A stretch of 64,000 bases of DNA from Octopus sinensis (Eukaryota). A program made the position numbers and the translations under genes. Positions 41,740 through 55,689 of this stretch are shown piece by piece (position 1 is the first letter of the stretch; each line of letters begins with the position of its first letter). Where the stretch lies: contig NC_043000.1 of NCBI RefSeq assembly GCF_006345805.1, positions 37,572,001 through 37,636,000 on the forward strand, given 5' to 3'. The notes beneath the pieces were generated by a model. That model saw only the letters and a program-made list of their open reading frames with translations. It was not told the DNA's origin and did no database searches.

Positions 41740-43100
41740 ATTCAAGCTGGCAGAATCATTAATGCGTCGAACAACATGCCTTGATGTATTTTTCCAACTC
41801 TTTATATTTTGAGTTCAAATATTGTCGAGAGTAACTTTGCCATTTATCTTTTCGGAGTCGATATAACAAAGTACCAGTTATGTATTGGGGTCGATAGTAT
41901 TGCCCAAACCCCTCTCTTACAATTGCTGACCAAATAGACGTGTTGGTCGAAACTTTAGCGCGTCGAACAAAATATCTTTCGATATTTCTTCCGACTCTTT
42001 ACATAGCGAGTTCCAACCTTGTTGTGGTTAACTTTACTTTCAACCCTTTCAGGGTCGATAAAATATAGTACTTATTGATTACTAGGGCCAATGTAATCGA
42101 TTTACTCCATTCTCTGAACATTATTGGCTTTGTATCAAAGTTAGAACTATAATTTGTTCAAATGAGGTCGATAGATCAGCAGAATCATTAGAAATTTGAA
42201 CAAAATGCTTTGTTGCGTATCTTTTACTACTTTGCGTTCTGAATTCAAATGATATCTGGTTACCTTTTTCTTTTATCCTTCCTGGATCGATAAAATAAAG
42301 TACCGGTCAAATAAAGGAGTCGGCAGAATACATTAATTTCGTCCCTTAAAAATAGTTGGCGTCTTGTCCAACTGAATCGTGAGAAAGTCGAACCTTAAGA
42401 TATTTCTTCCAAATCTTTTCCTTCTGAGTCCAAATGCCATCAAAGTTAATTTTTTTTCCTTTTTATCTTTTCGGGGTCGATATAATAAAGTATCAGCCAA
42501 GTACAAGAGTGGATGGTTTCGCTTAAATCGATTTCCATCAAAGTTTCTGGCCTTGTGTCTAAATTAGAAATAGCTATTATCGACTCAAACCATGCACAAG
42601 TGAGGACAAATAGCTTGGCCTTCTGTTGATCAGAGGAATCAACTAGCAAACAGGCTTAATAATTTCTGAGGGAGAGAATAATAGAATATATCAGTCTCAT
42701 TATTCTTTTCTGCTCTAGGCACAAAGCCCGAAATTTTAGGGGAGGGAGCCAGTCGATTAGATCGACCCCAGTACGCAAATGGTGCTTAATTTGATCGACC
42801 TCCGAAAGGATGAAAGGCAAAGTCGACCTCGGCAGAATTAGAACTCAGAACGTAAAGACAAAGAAATACCTATTTTTTTTACTGCTCACAAGGGGCTAAA
42901 CACAGAGAGGACAACCAAGGACAGACAAAGGGATTAAGTCGATTATATCGACCCCAGTGCGTAACTGGTATTTATTTAATCGACCCCGAAAAGATGAAAG
43001 GCAAAGTCAACCTCGGCGGAATTTGAACTCAACACGTAGCGGCAGGCGAAATACCGCTAAGCATTTCGCCCGGCGTGCTAATGCTTCTGCCAGCTCGCCG
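41740..43100. mobile_element. Cluster of degenerate and younger copies of the 36648 SINE family in both orientations
   Basis: Repeated gagttc(a/g)aat...ttt(c)ggggtcgata(a)aa..agtacc motif, at least six times. Confidence 0.7.
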
Positions 43101-43541
43101 CCTTTTCAGTCTCATTATTCGACTGATACTAAGTTTATCGATTTCATGGTTCGAACTCGGAATGTAAAAACCCGAGTAAATAACTCAATGTACCTACTTC
43201 CTGTCATCAGCGTTTACGCCAGAAACATTAAAAAAACATCAAATGAACGCTTTTCTTCTTGTTGAACCAAGTTAGTATTGATTTAATAGGATAACTTAAA
43301 ATATGGAACTGAAAATCTAAAGATAGGAATTTCTTTCGTGATTTCTCAGCTCATTAATTCAATGTATATCCTGTTAGTAATATGAGGATGCAAAAAAGAA
43401 GCATTGAGGACCCCTGAAGTGATATCTTATCAATATTGTAAGTGACAGTGGAGGAACGGAATATTGAATCAATAAGAATTTTTCTAATGAATTTGAAACT
43501 TTCATATTTTGCAACGGGGGAAAGGAACAAAAGCTAAGGAA

Positions 43542-43630
<89 letters not shown>

Positions 43631-43676
43631 GTCTGTCTGTCTGTATGTAAATGTATGTATAAAAGTGCATACATAC

Positions 43677-43720
<44 letters not shown>

Positions 43721-43839
43721 GTGTATATACATATATATATATGTATGTATGTATACATATATATATATGTATGTATGTATACATATATATGTATATATAT
43801 ATATATATATTCACTCACACACACATATACATATATTAT

Positions 43840-44220
43840 AGTGGCACTCCGTCGGTTACGACGACGAGGGTTCCAGTTGATCCGATCAACGGTACAGCCT
43901 GCTCGTGAAATTAACGTACAAGTGGCTGAGCACTCCACAGACATGTGTACCCTTAAAGTAGTTCTAGGGGAGATTCAGCATGACACAGAGTGTGACAAGG
44001 CTGGCCCTTTGAAATACAGGTACAACAGAAACAGGATGAAAGAGAGAAATTTATGGTAAAAGAGTACAGCAGTGTTCGCTACCACCCTTCCGCCGGAGCC
44101 TCGTGGTGCTTTAGCTGTTTTCGCTCAATAAACACTCACAACGCCCGGTCTGGGAATCGAAACCGTGTTCCTACGACCGCGTGTCCGCTGCCCTAATCAC
44201 TGGGCCATTGTGCCTCTACA
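43840..44220 (-). mobile_element. tRNA-headed SINE, third family
   Basis: Minus-strand head tagaggcacaatggcccagtgattagggcagcgg...ggtttcgattcccag. Confidence 0.7.
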
Positions 44221-44256
44221 CACACACATATATGCTTACAATCCTGTAAATAATAA

Positions 44257-44760
44257 TAATAGTATTTTTATATAAGCTTCAAGCTTATGGCGATCACCGT
44301 GCAATGACTAAGGAAAATAGTCTAATAATGGGGCATATAAGCCCTTGACAATAAAAAGAAGGCTTCCCTATCAGCGTGGGACTCGAACCCAGAAGCCTTT
44401 TGCTAACGCGACTAAGTGTGTTACTTTTATACCAGCGAACCAGCCTCCCTCCTCGGACTGTAAAATACGGCACCGTATAACGAAAGCATTCGCACCAAAA
44501 GTATATACAGAAAGCTTGTTTACATAAAAACAAATACGAACTAATATAGTTCTTAAATTTGACAAGAGCAGGTAAGCTGGCTCGTTTGTATAAAAGTAAG
44601 ACACTTAATCGCGTTAACGAAGAGGTGTGGGTTCGAGTCCCACGCTGATAGGAAAGCCTTTTTTTCTGTCGAGGGCTTATATGCCCCGTTATTAGACTAT
44701 TTTCCTTAGTTATTGCACGGTGATAGCCATAAGCTTTCAGCTTATATAAAAATACCATTA
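44257..44760. mobile_element. Two ~190-bp tRNA-Leu-like SINE copies head-to-head, forming an inverted repeat
   Basis: Arms at 44257-44450 (-) and 44570-44760 (+), each with GGGTTCGAGTCCCACGCTG and an (ATT)-type tail. Confidence 0.75.
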
Positions 44761-45849
44761 TTTTTATACGGCATCATATAACAAAACCATTCGCACCGAA
44801 AGCATATATATATATATATATATATGTATTATGCATCTTGTACATTCGTTTGTAATTAAACGTTTATTATCGAGACATTGTCACACAAGAAGGCTAGCAG
44901 CATTTTAAGAACAGTATAAGCAACGACTACTATTCTTACTTGGAGGAGATGGTTGTACTCATTGTTTGCAAACACCTGCTACAGTGACTGCAGGGTCTGG
45001 ATGAGCGAGAAGCAGAAGGTTGATTGAAAGCTGGTTTCACACTCAAGTGTAGTCTTGGACATTGATCTTTTTAAAAAGTTATTTGCAAAACTGCGATATT
45101 CAATTGAAGAATAATCATCGCATTTTCTTCGAGGAATACTGCTCACAGACAATACATAATGGTTTAATTCAAACATGGAAAACGCAGAACAAAAATATTT
45201 TCTGATTGACAATGAACGCTTTAAATGTGCTGACAATACACTGATGTTGTTTTACAACTTGTGACAAAGAATTTCCTAGTGATCGATACACAGTCGTTTC
45301 CAAAAGCAGATATGACTAAACTTCTATGACTGCAGTCCAACATTCTATTAATACCTAATTTCATTGAATACGTAGGCCTGAAAGTTTAAAATTAGCTCTG
45401 TTATTCGTGGAAGTCAGATATTTAAATTAAAGAATCTGCCATTATGTAACTTGTGTCAAAGTTCTACGTCGATATTTCATAATTGAGAAATCTAATTAGC
45501 AAAACTGTTTATAATTCGACATTATAATAACCTGAACAGTTTGTGTTTAGTTAGAGAAAGAAAACTAGTTCTCGAGACACTGGTGGAAGATAATAGGTTA
45601 CCTTCAGGCTAGAGTCTTGGTCTGAATGCATACAACAGAGTGGACCCCACAAAAGGCACCCAGAGACCAGGTGGGGATGTTAAGCCTAGTGGGATGAAGT
45701 CTTCTACCTTAGAATCCAGAATGCAAAATGTCTGAACAAATACTATAAGAATACTGTTAGACTATCTCCGATAGTCTAACAATTTCACCAATTTGTCGAC
45801 ATGAAATGGTACTTTATTTTCATCGAACGTGAAAGGAGGAAAATTGAAG

Positions 45850-46090
45850 GCGCGCGGTGGTCGAGGAGAGGGTTGCCCTCCCGATCGCTAGATCGTGGTT
45901 TCGGTTCCCGTACTAGGAAGTATTTTGTATTCTTGAGCAAAACCTTTCATTTCAAGTTATTCTAATCCACTCAGCCGTAAATGAGTAACCCTGCCAGGAA
46001 CTGGTGTTCGGTCCAGGAGGAATATTGTGACCTCAGCCATTTATGCACCACAGAAAGCAGGTAAACAGTCCTTTTGAGTCCTAGAACTCG
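45850..46090 (+). mobile_element. tRNA-headed SINE-like element
   Basis: ggcgcgcggtggtcgagg...ggtttcggttccc head followed by a CORE-like tcttgagcaaaacc segment. Confidence 0.45.
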
Positions 46091-46114
46091 GGACAGTGAT
46101 GTCCAGAGGTTGGT

Positions 46115-46370
46115 GAAAAAGAAGAAAAAGAAGAAGACGAAGTTAGAAGAAAAAGAAGACGAAGTTAGAAGAAAAGGAAGAAGAGGAAGTTAGAAGAAAA
46201 AGGAGGAAGTACCAGAAGAAGAAGAAGAACCAGAAGAAGAAGAAGAACCAGAAGAAGAACAAGAACAAGAACAAGAACAAGAAGAAGAAGAACAAGAAGA
46301 ACAAGAAGAACAAGAAGAACAAGAACAAGAAGAACAAGAAGATGATGATGATGATGATGATGATGATGAT
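46115..46370 (+). repeat. Purine-rich (GAA)/(GAACAA)/(GAT) compound microsatellite
   Basis: Seen directly. Confidence 0.9.
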
Positions 46371-46581
46371 AAAAGGAAGAGAGGCGAGGCTGACTTCAGT
46401 GTAGTTTGAACCTAGAGCGTAGAGAACTTGAGCGAATATTGCACAGCATTGTTCCCCAACACTGAAAACTGCGTGTGGTTTTCTTAATCTTCATCGGAAT
46501 GTTCCAGTTTGTATGATCTTCAGATTTATTTTATCGAACACCAAAAACCATCCTGAGAATATCAAACCGATAGAAATTATA

Positions 46582-46613
<32 letters not shown>

Positions 46614-47149
46614 CAGAAAACAAAAGCTAAGACAACCGCTTCTCAGAGTCAATAATTCACCGTTCATATTTCAACAGCTTCAGCTTTTAAACCCGAATTT
46701 TTATTATTAATTTATTGTCGTACACTTTATGTTTCAATTATTAACTACATCATATTAATAAGAAAGTAATTATAGTTTCTTTTGTTATGTATATTATCTG
46801 GCAGACATGTTTTGTCTCGACTTTCATAACAGATATTTTATTTCTTGGCATCATTAGATCTCCCGCTATTGATGGAGTAATGCCAAGTGATCAGATATGA
46901 ACACAGATTTTTGCGTCCTATAACTACTATGCGCGCTCACTGATGTGTACATAGAGACCATTTGCCGTGTTTGCTTTTATTGCCGCTGTTTCTGTTGTTG
47001 CTGTTGTTGTTAATTTGTCCCATGTCAACTCATCGAAGTAACTTATGATCGTTGTCTAGACGATCGGTAAAACCAATCAATTTAGCACGCACACACACGC
47101 ACGCACACACACGCACGCACACACACACACACGCACACATACACACACA

Positions 47150-47226
<77 letters not shown>

Positions 47227-47245
47227 ACATACACACACACACAGG

Positions 47246-47856
47246 TTGAATTTCACTACAGCTGTTTCAGGCGTGTTTCTTATTGATAGAAACAAAAGCC
47301 TTACATCATGCAGAAAACATCGCGTTTTCTTCAGTGAATAAAGAGTAAAATTTCACACAGAATAAAACATGGCATAAGTTGACCCCACCAACCAGGTTAC
47401 AGCTGGGGGGGGGTGAGTAGCGGAAGCTGTGACAGAATATATATTCATGGTATTACATTGATGAACTCGTTCATGGGACCAGAATAAGGGAAGGAAATAG
47501 AAGAGACAAAGAAGGAGAGAAACGGAGAGAGAAAAGAAGGGAAAAAAGTAAACAAAAAAGGAGTCTCATCATTTAAAGGAATCTCCCGCTATTTCCTTCC
47601 CTCATTGTGGTCCTACGAACGAGTTCATTAATTTTATCACCAGGAATATATATATTCTGTAACGGTTTCCGCTACTCACTCTCCCAGTCGTAACCTGGTT
47701 GGGAGAGTCAATTTGCGCTATGTTTTGTTTTGTGAGAAATTTTAAACGTTAAATTTTACTTTTTATTCACCGTTTATTTTCTTTGCATGAGATAACGGTT
47801 TGCTTATCAATAATAAAAAAAGAAACGAGTCTGAAACAGCTGTAGTGAACCTCAAT
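47246..47856. mobile_element. Fold-back element with ~260-bp diverged inverted arms
   Basis: 47246-47500 is the diverged reverse complement of 47589-47856 (shared ttcactacagctgtttcag, ccaaccaggttac, gtgagtagcggaa, gggaaggaaatag). The spacer is 88 bp. Confidence 0.8.
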
Positions 47857-47914
47857 CCATATGTGTTATTGTTTATTCTTCATCTAACTTGGAAACTTGC
47901 ATGCGGTTGGAACT

Positions 47915-48165
47915 GGAGCCTATAGTCGATTGTGGAACACATGCACTAAGTATACCCCTGTGCGACTTTGAATACGCGTTGTGTATTCTGTCAGTACTTG
48001 TGAGTGTGTGCCTACTCGGAATGACAAATCCGTATTTTTTTATATTAGTAAGTACGAATATGTCAGTGCACGTTACAAGCACCCTGGTACGCTTACCCCT
48101 CGACTCTACCTTGGTGCTTTTACTATTTAAATACACCATTCTATCGGATCCTGAAAATTTTATTA
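47915..48165. repeat. Interspersed repeat shared with 61700-61970
   Basis: Shared cattgtgtattctgtcag...gacaaatccgtattt...gactctacctt...ttttactatttaaatac...attctatcggatcctgaaaattt. Confidence 0.75.
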
Positions 48166-48181
48166 TATATAAACACACACA

Positions 48182-48240
<59 letters not shown>

Positions 48241-49444
48241 CACAGAGGACGGTTTCTTTCAGTTTCTATCTGCCAAAGCCCCTCACAAGGCTTTAGTCGA
48301 TCCCCATGGAGCCACACTGAACCCGGCACCATTTGGTTGCGAAGCGAACTCAATACACAGTTACGCCTGCACCAATACGTGCTTTCTTTAGTGAAGACAG
48401 CTAAACAGGATACGAGAGAGGGATGGCTATTATTTCTAGCAACCACATAGACAACTCCTTGTTGGATTGCAGTGGTTGGTGTATTTAGAAGTCAGTGGTG
48501 GCGACGGTGGCTGGAGGCAGATTAAATCTAATTTCCCCCGTTTAATGTGATTATATTGCCGGTGTTTGAGATAGTGGCTGCTAGAAGCAGAGTGAATGTA
48601 TCTTTAATGCTAGCTGGCTCAATGATAAATAGACTGTAGCCAGACTTCTAGACATATTTCTGCTAAATTAATATAATACTGACGGATCATGTACAACCAT
48701 GTATTTCCATAGCAATCGGCTTTCATACGCATACTTAAGCAGTATATATGTCTATATGTGTGTGTGTATGAGCGTGTGTTGCTCGGTGCCTGTAAGAATT
48801 TATATATATATGTGCGTGTGCGTGTGTGTGTGTTATGTATGTATATGTGTATATAATGTATACATGTAAGTATGTGTATAAATGTGTGTGTAAATGTGCG
48901 GGCCACACACACATATATACATGCTCACGCACACACATACACACGCACACACATATACATACATCCGTATATTTATAAGTGTATATATACATATGTACAC
49001 ACAATATAATTACACGTACGCACGAAAACACCTACACACACATACGAACATACACCCTACATCATATATATGTATGTGTGTGTGTATGTGTATATATGTG
49101 TGTATTTATGCATTTATATAATATATCTACACACATATTTTACATGTTTAACCATACGATGTACTTAAGCACACAGTATGGCATACATATAAACATGTAT
49201 TTCATATCCATTTTTCTAAATGTATGTTCTTGTACGTGTGTACGCTTGTGAGCACATACGTACACACTTACATACAAGCACACATACATGCATACATACT
49301 TACAGGCATACTTACGCACATACACATGCATACATATGTACATAGATACATACACACATACATGCACATATATATGCATACATACGTGCATGCATACATA
49401 CGCACATACATACACATATACGTGCATACATACATATATATATA

Positions 49445-49494
<50 letters not shown>

Positions 49495-49737
49495 AATGCA
49501 TACAAATAAATATGCACAGACAGGATTGGAAGCATACACACACACACTTACATATACTCATATTGATATATCGATCTGTATGTGATCGTGAAGATATTTT
49601 AAACGGCTCTATATTAGTTTACTAGGCAGTGGCCGGAGTATATGGACGTATAAATGTGTGTGTATATGAAAATACAGGCGTGTGTGCACATAAGTACATG
49701 CATATATATATAAATGTATATATATATATATATATAA

Positions 49738-49793
<56 letters not shown>

Positions 49794-50082
49794 GGATATA
49801 TATGTCTTTTTGTGCGTGTATAAATGCATACATGTGTGTGTGCGTGTGTGTATGACTTACACACACACACACACACACACACACTTCCAGATGGCATGGG
49901 CTCTGAATGTAAAATGGATTAAAATATGTCTTAAACACACTTATTCTCTTTACTGATTTTATGTGTTTGGAATACATACGCGCATACATATATATATGTG
50001 AGTGTGTGTGTGTGTATGCATGCACACACACGTACATATATACATATATATATACGCATATATATAATATATATATATATAA

Positions 50083-50135
<53 letters not shown>

Positions 50136-50158
50136 TACATATATAAATATGCATATGC

Positions 50159-50214
<56 letters not shown>

Positions 50215-50225
50215 TTATACACATA

Positions 50226-50259
<34 letters not shown>

Positions 50260-50340
50260 TATTGATAATTCATTTTACATTCTGCAAACAATATCTGGTA
50301 TGCAACTCATTACACTGACCAGGGTAGATACGCAGACACA

Positions 50341-50379
<39 letters not shown>

Positions 50380-50582
50380 CACACACACACACACACAAAC
50401 ACACACTCTCAGTTTGACAATATACTCTGAGTCTCACCCTTAGCTGAGCTCTTCACGACAGTCTTGAATAACCCAGTGAAAGGTGACCGGCAGAGTATAC
50501 TGCGAACTGTGATATTATATGAACATACACATGCATGTCTGTTTCTGTGTTCATATGTATGCGTGTGTGTATGTGTCCATGC

Positions 50583-50623
<41 letters not shown>

Positions 50624-50832
50624 TATGTGTATGTGTTTGTGTGTGTGTGTGTGGTGTTTGTATTCTGTATGTACATGAGCAACTATAATCAGTATTTAAC
50701 AATACATAGTACTGTATATATGCTATTTCCTTCGTTGGTTGTTTACTAGCTTAAATATTTATATACAATCATCCCTACGTATATACAAACACACAGCCAC
50801 ACATACACACAACATCACGGCGCGCACACAAG

Positions 50833-50878
<46 letters not shown>

Positions 50879-51068
50879 CTATCTATCTATCTTTCTGCTA
50901 GTCTCAACAGACCGTCTGTGGGTATGCTGGGGGTACATAAATAAATAAATAAATCAAATGAGATTAAAAAATAAAAAAAATGTTCTACAAAATTGGTAAA
51001 ATAAATCTACAATGATTGTAATCAGAAAATCATGAATAATGTAACAACAAATAAATAAATAAATATAA

Positions 51069-51128
<60 letters not shown>

Positions 51129-51319
51129 GACAAAAAGAAGGAGAGTGAGAGGGAATAAAAAGTAGATGAATAAATGGCGAAATGCATTGTTGTGTTGTAG
51201 AATATAAATGTCCATGTTGGCGTCTAATCCGTGACGAGAGAAATCACGAAAGCAAGACGAGAGAATCTGTGGCGGACACCTAACTAGATTCTTATTCGGA
51301 ATGTCACGTAGGGTGTAAT

Positions 51320-51827
51320 AAATATACATACATACACACACATACACACATACATACATACACACACATACACACATACATACATACATGCATACATACA
51401 TCATACATATATACATACATACACACACATGCACACATACATACATACATACATACATACATACATACATGCATACATACATACACACATACATACATAC
51501 ATGCATGCATACATACATACACACACACATACACACACATACATACATGCATACAAACATACATACATGCATACAAACATACATGCATGCATACATACAT
51601 ACAAACATACATATATACATACATACATACATGCATACATGCATACATACACACACACATACATACATACATGCATACATACATACACACACACATACAC
51701 ACACACATACATACATGCATACAAACATACATGCATGCATACATACATACATACATATATACATACATACATACATACATATATACATACATACATGCAT
51801 ACATACATACACACACACATGCACACA

Positions 51828-51861
<34 letters not shown>

Positions 51862-52010
51862 CATACATACATACATACATACATGCATACATACATACAT
51901 GCATACATACACACACATACATACATACATACATACATTACATATATATATATATATACACACATATATACATACATACATGCATACCTATAAACACATA
52001 CACACACACA
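51320..52010. repeat. ~700-bp (CATA)n/(CA)n compound microsatellite
   Basis: Seen directly; explains the 200-335 aa pseudo-ORFs. Confidence 0.95.
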
Positions 52011-52203
52011 CTCGCACACACACGCACACGCACATATATATGATGTATGTACGTGTATGGATATTAACTACATATATGTATATGTTTATTTATTACATAT
52101 ACATATGCATACATGCATACATACATACATACATAGACACACATATATGTATGATGTATGTACGCGTATGGATATTAATTACATATAGGTATATGTTTAT
52201 TAC

Positions 52204-52255
<52 letters not shown>

Positions 52256-52319
52256 TCTCTTGATATTACCCTTCATGTTTTAGACCCTTGTGGACAAGAA
52301 AAAAGAAGTCATTATTATT

Positions 52320-52376
<57 letters not shown>

Positions 52377-52640
52377 TAACACAGTTTCATTCGGCTCTAC
52401 GCGACTTAATGTTCCGCAGGCCTCTTTACAGAAACCTAACACGCTCAGGGTTTCGCCAACTGGTGTTCGGAAATGGCTTAGAAGACCGGAACTTCGAAGT
52501 CACTACCAATAATATTTTTGTTCATGAAAAATACATCTGTACTCTAAAAAAGTATAGAGTGATCCTTCAGGTTAATGTAAAAAGCAAGCAATAATATATA
52601 TATATATATGTGTGTGTTTGTGTGTGTGTATATATATATA

Positions 52641-52696
<56 letters not shown>

Positions 52697-52730
52697 TACT
52701 CACACACATATCTATATATATATATATGTG

Positions 52731-52775
<45 letters not shown>

Positions 52776-53314
52776 CTCACACACATATCTATATATGTTA
52801 GCTGGACTTTTAAAAGGTTACGTTCTAAAGTTTTGATGCTGTGATATACATGTATATAAGTGGTAGTGTGTGTGTGTGTGCGCGTGCGTGCTTGTGTACA
52901 CGTGACTTTGTATGAGTGTGTGTTTGTGTATGTGTGTATGTACGTGTCGTTCTGTTCGTGTTCACATTATTATTTGTTTTTTTTTCTTTTGCGTGCGAGC
53001 AATTTTGCTTGTATTTCATTTGGCGTCTGTCTTGCATTTATATGCATCTCTTATGTACTGATGTCTATGCACAAACACACTCTCACATATAGATATGTGT
53101 GTGTGTATATACACGCACATGCATATATATATATATATATGCATGTGCGTACATACACATACACCTATATATACATAGATATATACACATACATACGTAT
53201 CTGCTTGAGAATTAGTATAGAATTGCTTAGTGGTTATTACTTCTCGTAGCTCAATATGTTTGTAAAGCTATACATGTACTATATATAATATATATATATT
53301 ATATATATATATAT

Positions 53315-53376
<62 letters not shown>

Positions 53377-53599
53377 AGCGATAAGTTATATTAAATATCT
53401 GAGCGAGAGATAAACAGTAACAGTACGGAATCATAAAATATATTTGCCAACTAAATGTGGCGGTCCTATAGGGGATGGTGTTACTGTTGTGTTTAGCCCC
53501 AGGAAGACATCTCCTCCAGCTGGCTAACGACACACAGTCTGTGTCGGATTAGTATTTGCAAGGGAGGTCATCGTTCGCATCTCTAGCCATAAGTGATAG

Positions 53600-53642
53600 A
53601 CACAGACCCGAGTTTCTGGGTGGTTACCCGTCTTCAGTGTGT
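53600..53642 (-). ncRNA. Nearly intact minimal type I hammerhead ribozyme (family C)
   Basis: ACACA-CTGAAGA-CGGGT-AACC-ACCCA-GAAAC-TCGG-GTC-TGTGT. Stem I is 5 bp, stem II is 4 bp plus a C-A mismatch, helix III is ACTCGGGT (self-complementary with G-U), and the cleavage triplet is GUC. Confidence 0.8.
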
Positions 53643-53719
53643 TAATTACTGGTTAGTGATGAAGAACTCAATCCACTCGCAATATACTATATATATGTTT
53701 GCATATATATATATATATA

Positions 53720-54258
53720 TTGCTAGTACATACGCGGTGAAGCTATACATTAGCGTCGTATCATTACGTTCGCTATTTCCAGTAAATATCGGTACTTCGT
53801 TGTGCCATATATTTACTTCTTTGTATATTTTTCCCTCACGGGCTATTCTTTACTGGAAAGCAATACTCTAGTATTGCATTACTAATTTATTGAAACTTCT
53901 TCACCGTTCTCGTGCTGTTAGCGTTTCGGCGTTTCAGTCGAGTGTAATGGTATTAATGTGGTAACACCTGAAATGTTGTCGTGGTATATGTTTGGCTGAT
54001 GAAGATAGATCAAGTTTATGGGTGCAGACATATCTTGAAAAATCTGAAACCTGCGCAGTTCCCACATTATCCTTTTCCAGGTATTTCATCTTTCAGATGT
54101 TCTCCCTGGAGGTAAGACAATTTTTTCTAGTTTGTTGCACTCACGCACTTTTGCTAGTACATACGCGGTGAAGCTATACATTAGCGTCGTATTATTACGT
54201 TCGCTATTTCCAGTAAATATCGGTACTTCGTTGTGCCATATATTTACTTCTTTGTATA
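53720..54258. repeat. 108-bp direct repeats (53720-53828, 54151-54258) around a ~320-bp unique core
   Basis: ttgctagtacatacgcgg...tttacttctttgtata occurs twice, with one visible mismatch. Confidence 0.9.
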
Positions 54259-54289
54259 TATATATGTTAGTTAGTTAGTTAATTTGGCT

Positions 54290-54498
54290 CAAAAGCAAAT
54301 AGCAGGGCCATGTAGGGGGACATGGAGTTAAGTACAGGGTGGTGTTCATGTAAAGAATTCAGGCCACTTGAGGTCAAGGGAGACTTTGAACAAAGCGGTC
54401 GTCGGCATCTTCACCATCTCGTCTGGCAGCTTGTTCCACGGATCCGCAACCCGGACAGAGAAAGCTCCTCTCCTTCGATTGAGATGAAATCGTCGCAA
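54290..54498 (-). pseudogene. CR1-like LINE 3' end
   Basis: LRRFHLNRRRGAFSVRVADPWNKLPDEMVKMPTTALFKVSLDLKWPEFFT*, then a (TAAC)n-like tail. Confidence 0.85.
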
Positions 54499-54600
54499 GG
54501 GCCCGGGAACAGGGGGTGCAGCGAGTACACCTGCACCCCTTGGAATTTTCAGGTGATGCAAGATCAAAATTTGCACCCCCTACATAATTTTACCAGTTTC
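54497..54600 (+). mobile_element. Possible hAT-like transposon end
   Basis: (c)aagggcccgggaacagggggtgcagcgagtacacctgcacccc: a GC-rich terminus with gggtgca/tgcaccc subterminal repeats. Confidence 0.4.
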
Positions 54601-55689
54601 AGAAAATAGTGTCTAAAAAATTATCTGTATAAGATGATTGAAGCTAGATTTCGTTTCAAAGCAAAATCAAAGAACAAAAATAAATAAATAAAAGTGATGA
54701 AGCTGGGCTTAAAATTCCCATGGGAATTTATGACTAACCAACTTCTGAAGCAAAGTAGCGTCGAAATAAAAAAGTATGTGACAACAACAACAATAGCAGC
54801 AAACAACAAGAACAACAATATGACCAGCATCTATGTCTACTCTTCAATACATAGCATTACTTGGATTCTTGAAGACAGCTCTATTCTGACACAAATAACT
54901 CCAAAATCTTGCAATGCTAAAAATGTGTGAAGGTTCTTGTCCTCTCTCAGTCTGTCACCTCTCTCAAGTTCTTTGAAGTTGATGTTGCTAAGGACTGACG
55001 ACATGGTTGAATGGATTCGACTGTTTTACCTCAGCCTAAAAATAAAAGCCCTTTAAAAATTATTTCAGTCATATCGGTTTTCTTATTTAGGTTGTTAGGT
55101 TTAAAGTTTGACAAGGGAACAAAATGATTTATTTTTATCTTTGATATTTAATGTTCATTGTTAAATGCTTTGATACTTATTGCTCATTCGAAATACTAGT
55201 CCAGTTTGATAAAAAATAGATTTTGAAAGGAAACATTTAACTATAAATGATTGCAGACCAACCCCGAAATTACCTAATTTGCAAAGAAATGTATTCGACA
55301 ATTTCAGACTAATTTATATAAAAAGGAAATGATATTGAAAGCATTACCTACCATCATCCTGACGCGTTTAACCACGAAGATCACTTCAGAGGTGCTTTTT
55401 TTTACTCACAAGTCTAACCCTAGCTGAAGCCAGCACACAGGCTAATATGCTTTTAACAGAGGTCTTTAATTTTACTAATCTTAGCTGGTCCGAGGATTAT
55501 ATCCAGCCTGGAACCAAGCAGCTGATGTGGAGGGATATGAACCCTTTCCTCGATACAACAAAAGACTTTCCCATACAACAAATTATTACCTGTCCAATTA
55601 GGGGGAAATAGCATACTCGACTTTGTTTTTATTCACAATGTTCATGTCATTCCCACAGCTATTTCCAACCAAAGCATTATACAATTATC

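Noticed and set aside
44370-44650. Functional tRNA-Leu genes
   Set aside because: Only the T-arm region resembles tRNA-Leu. There is no acceptor or anticodon stem, and each copy continues into a SINE body.
44979-45236. 85-aa minus-strand ORF
   Set aside because: No recognisable motif, a weak acceptor and no partner exons.
53996-54060. Plus-strand CTGATGA-AGATA...TATCT-TGAAA as another hammerhead
   Set aside because: No NUH site and no helix I partner follow.
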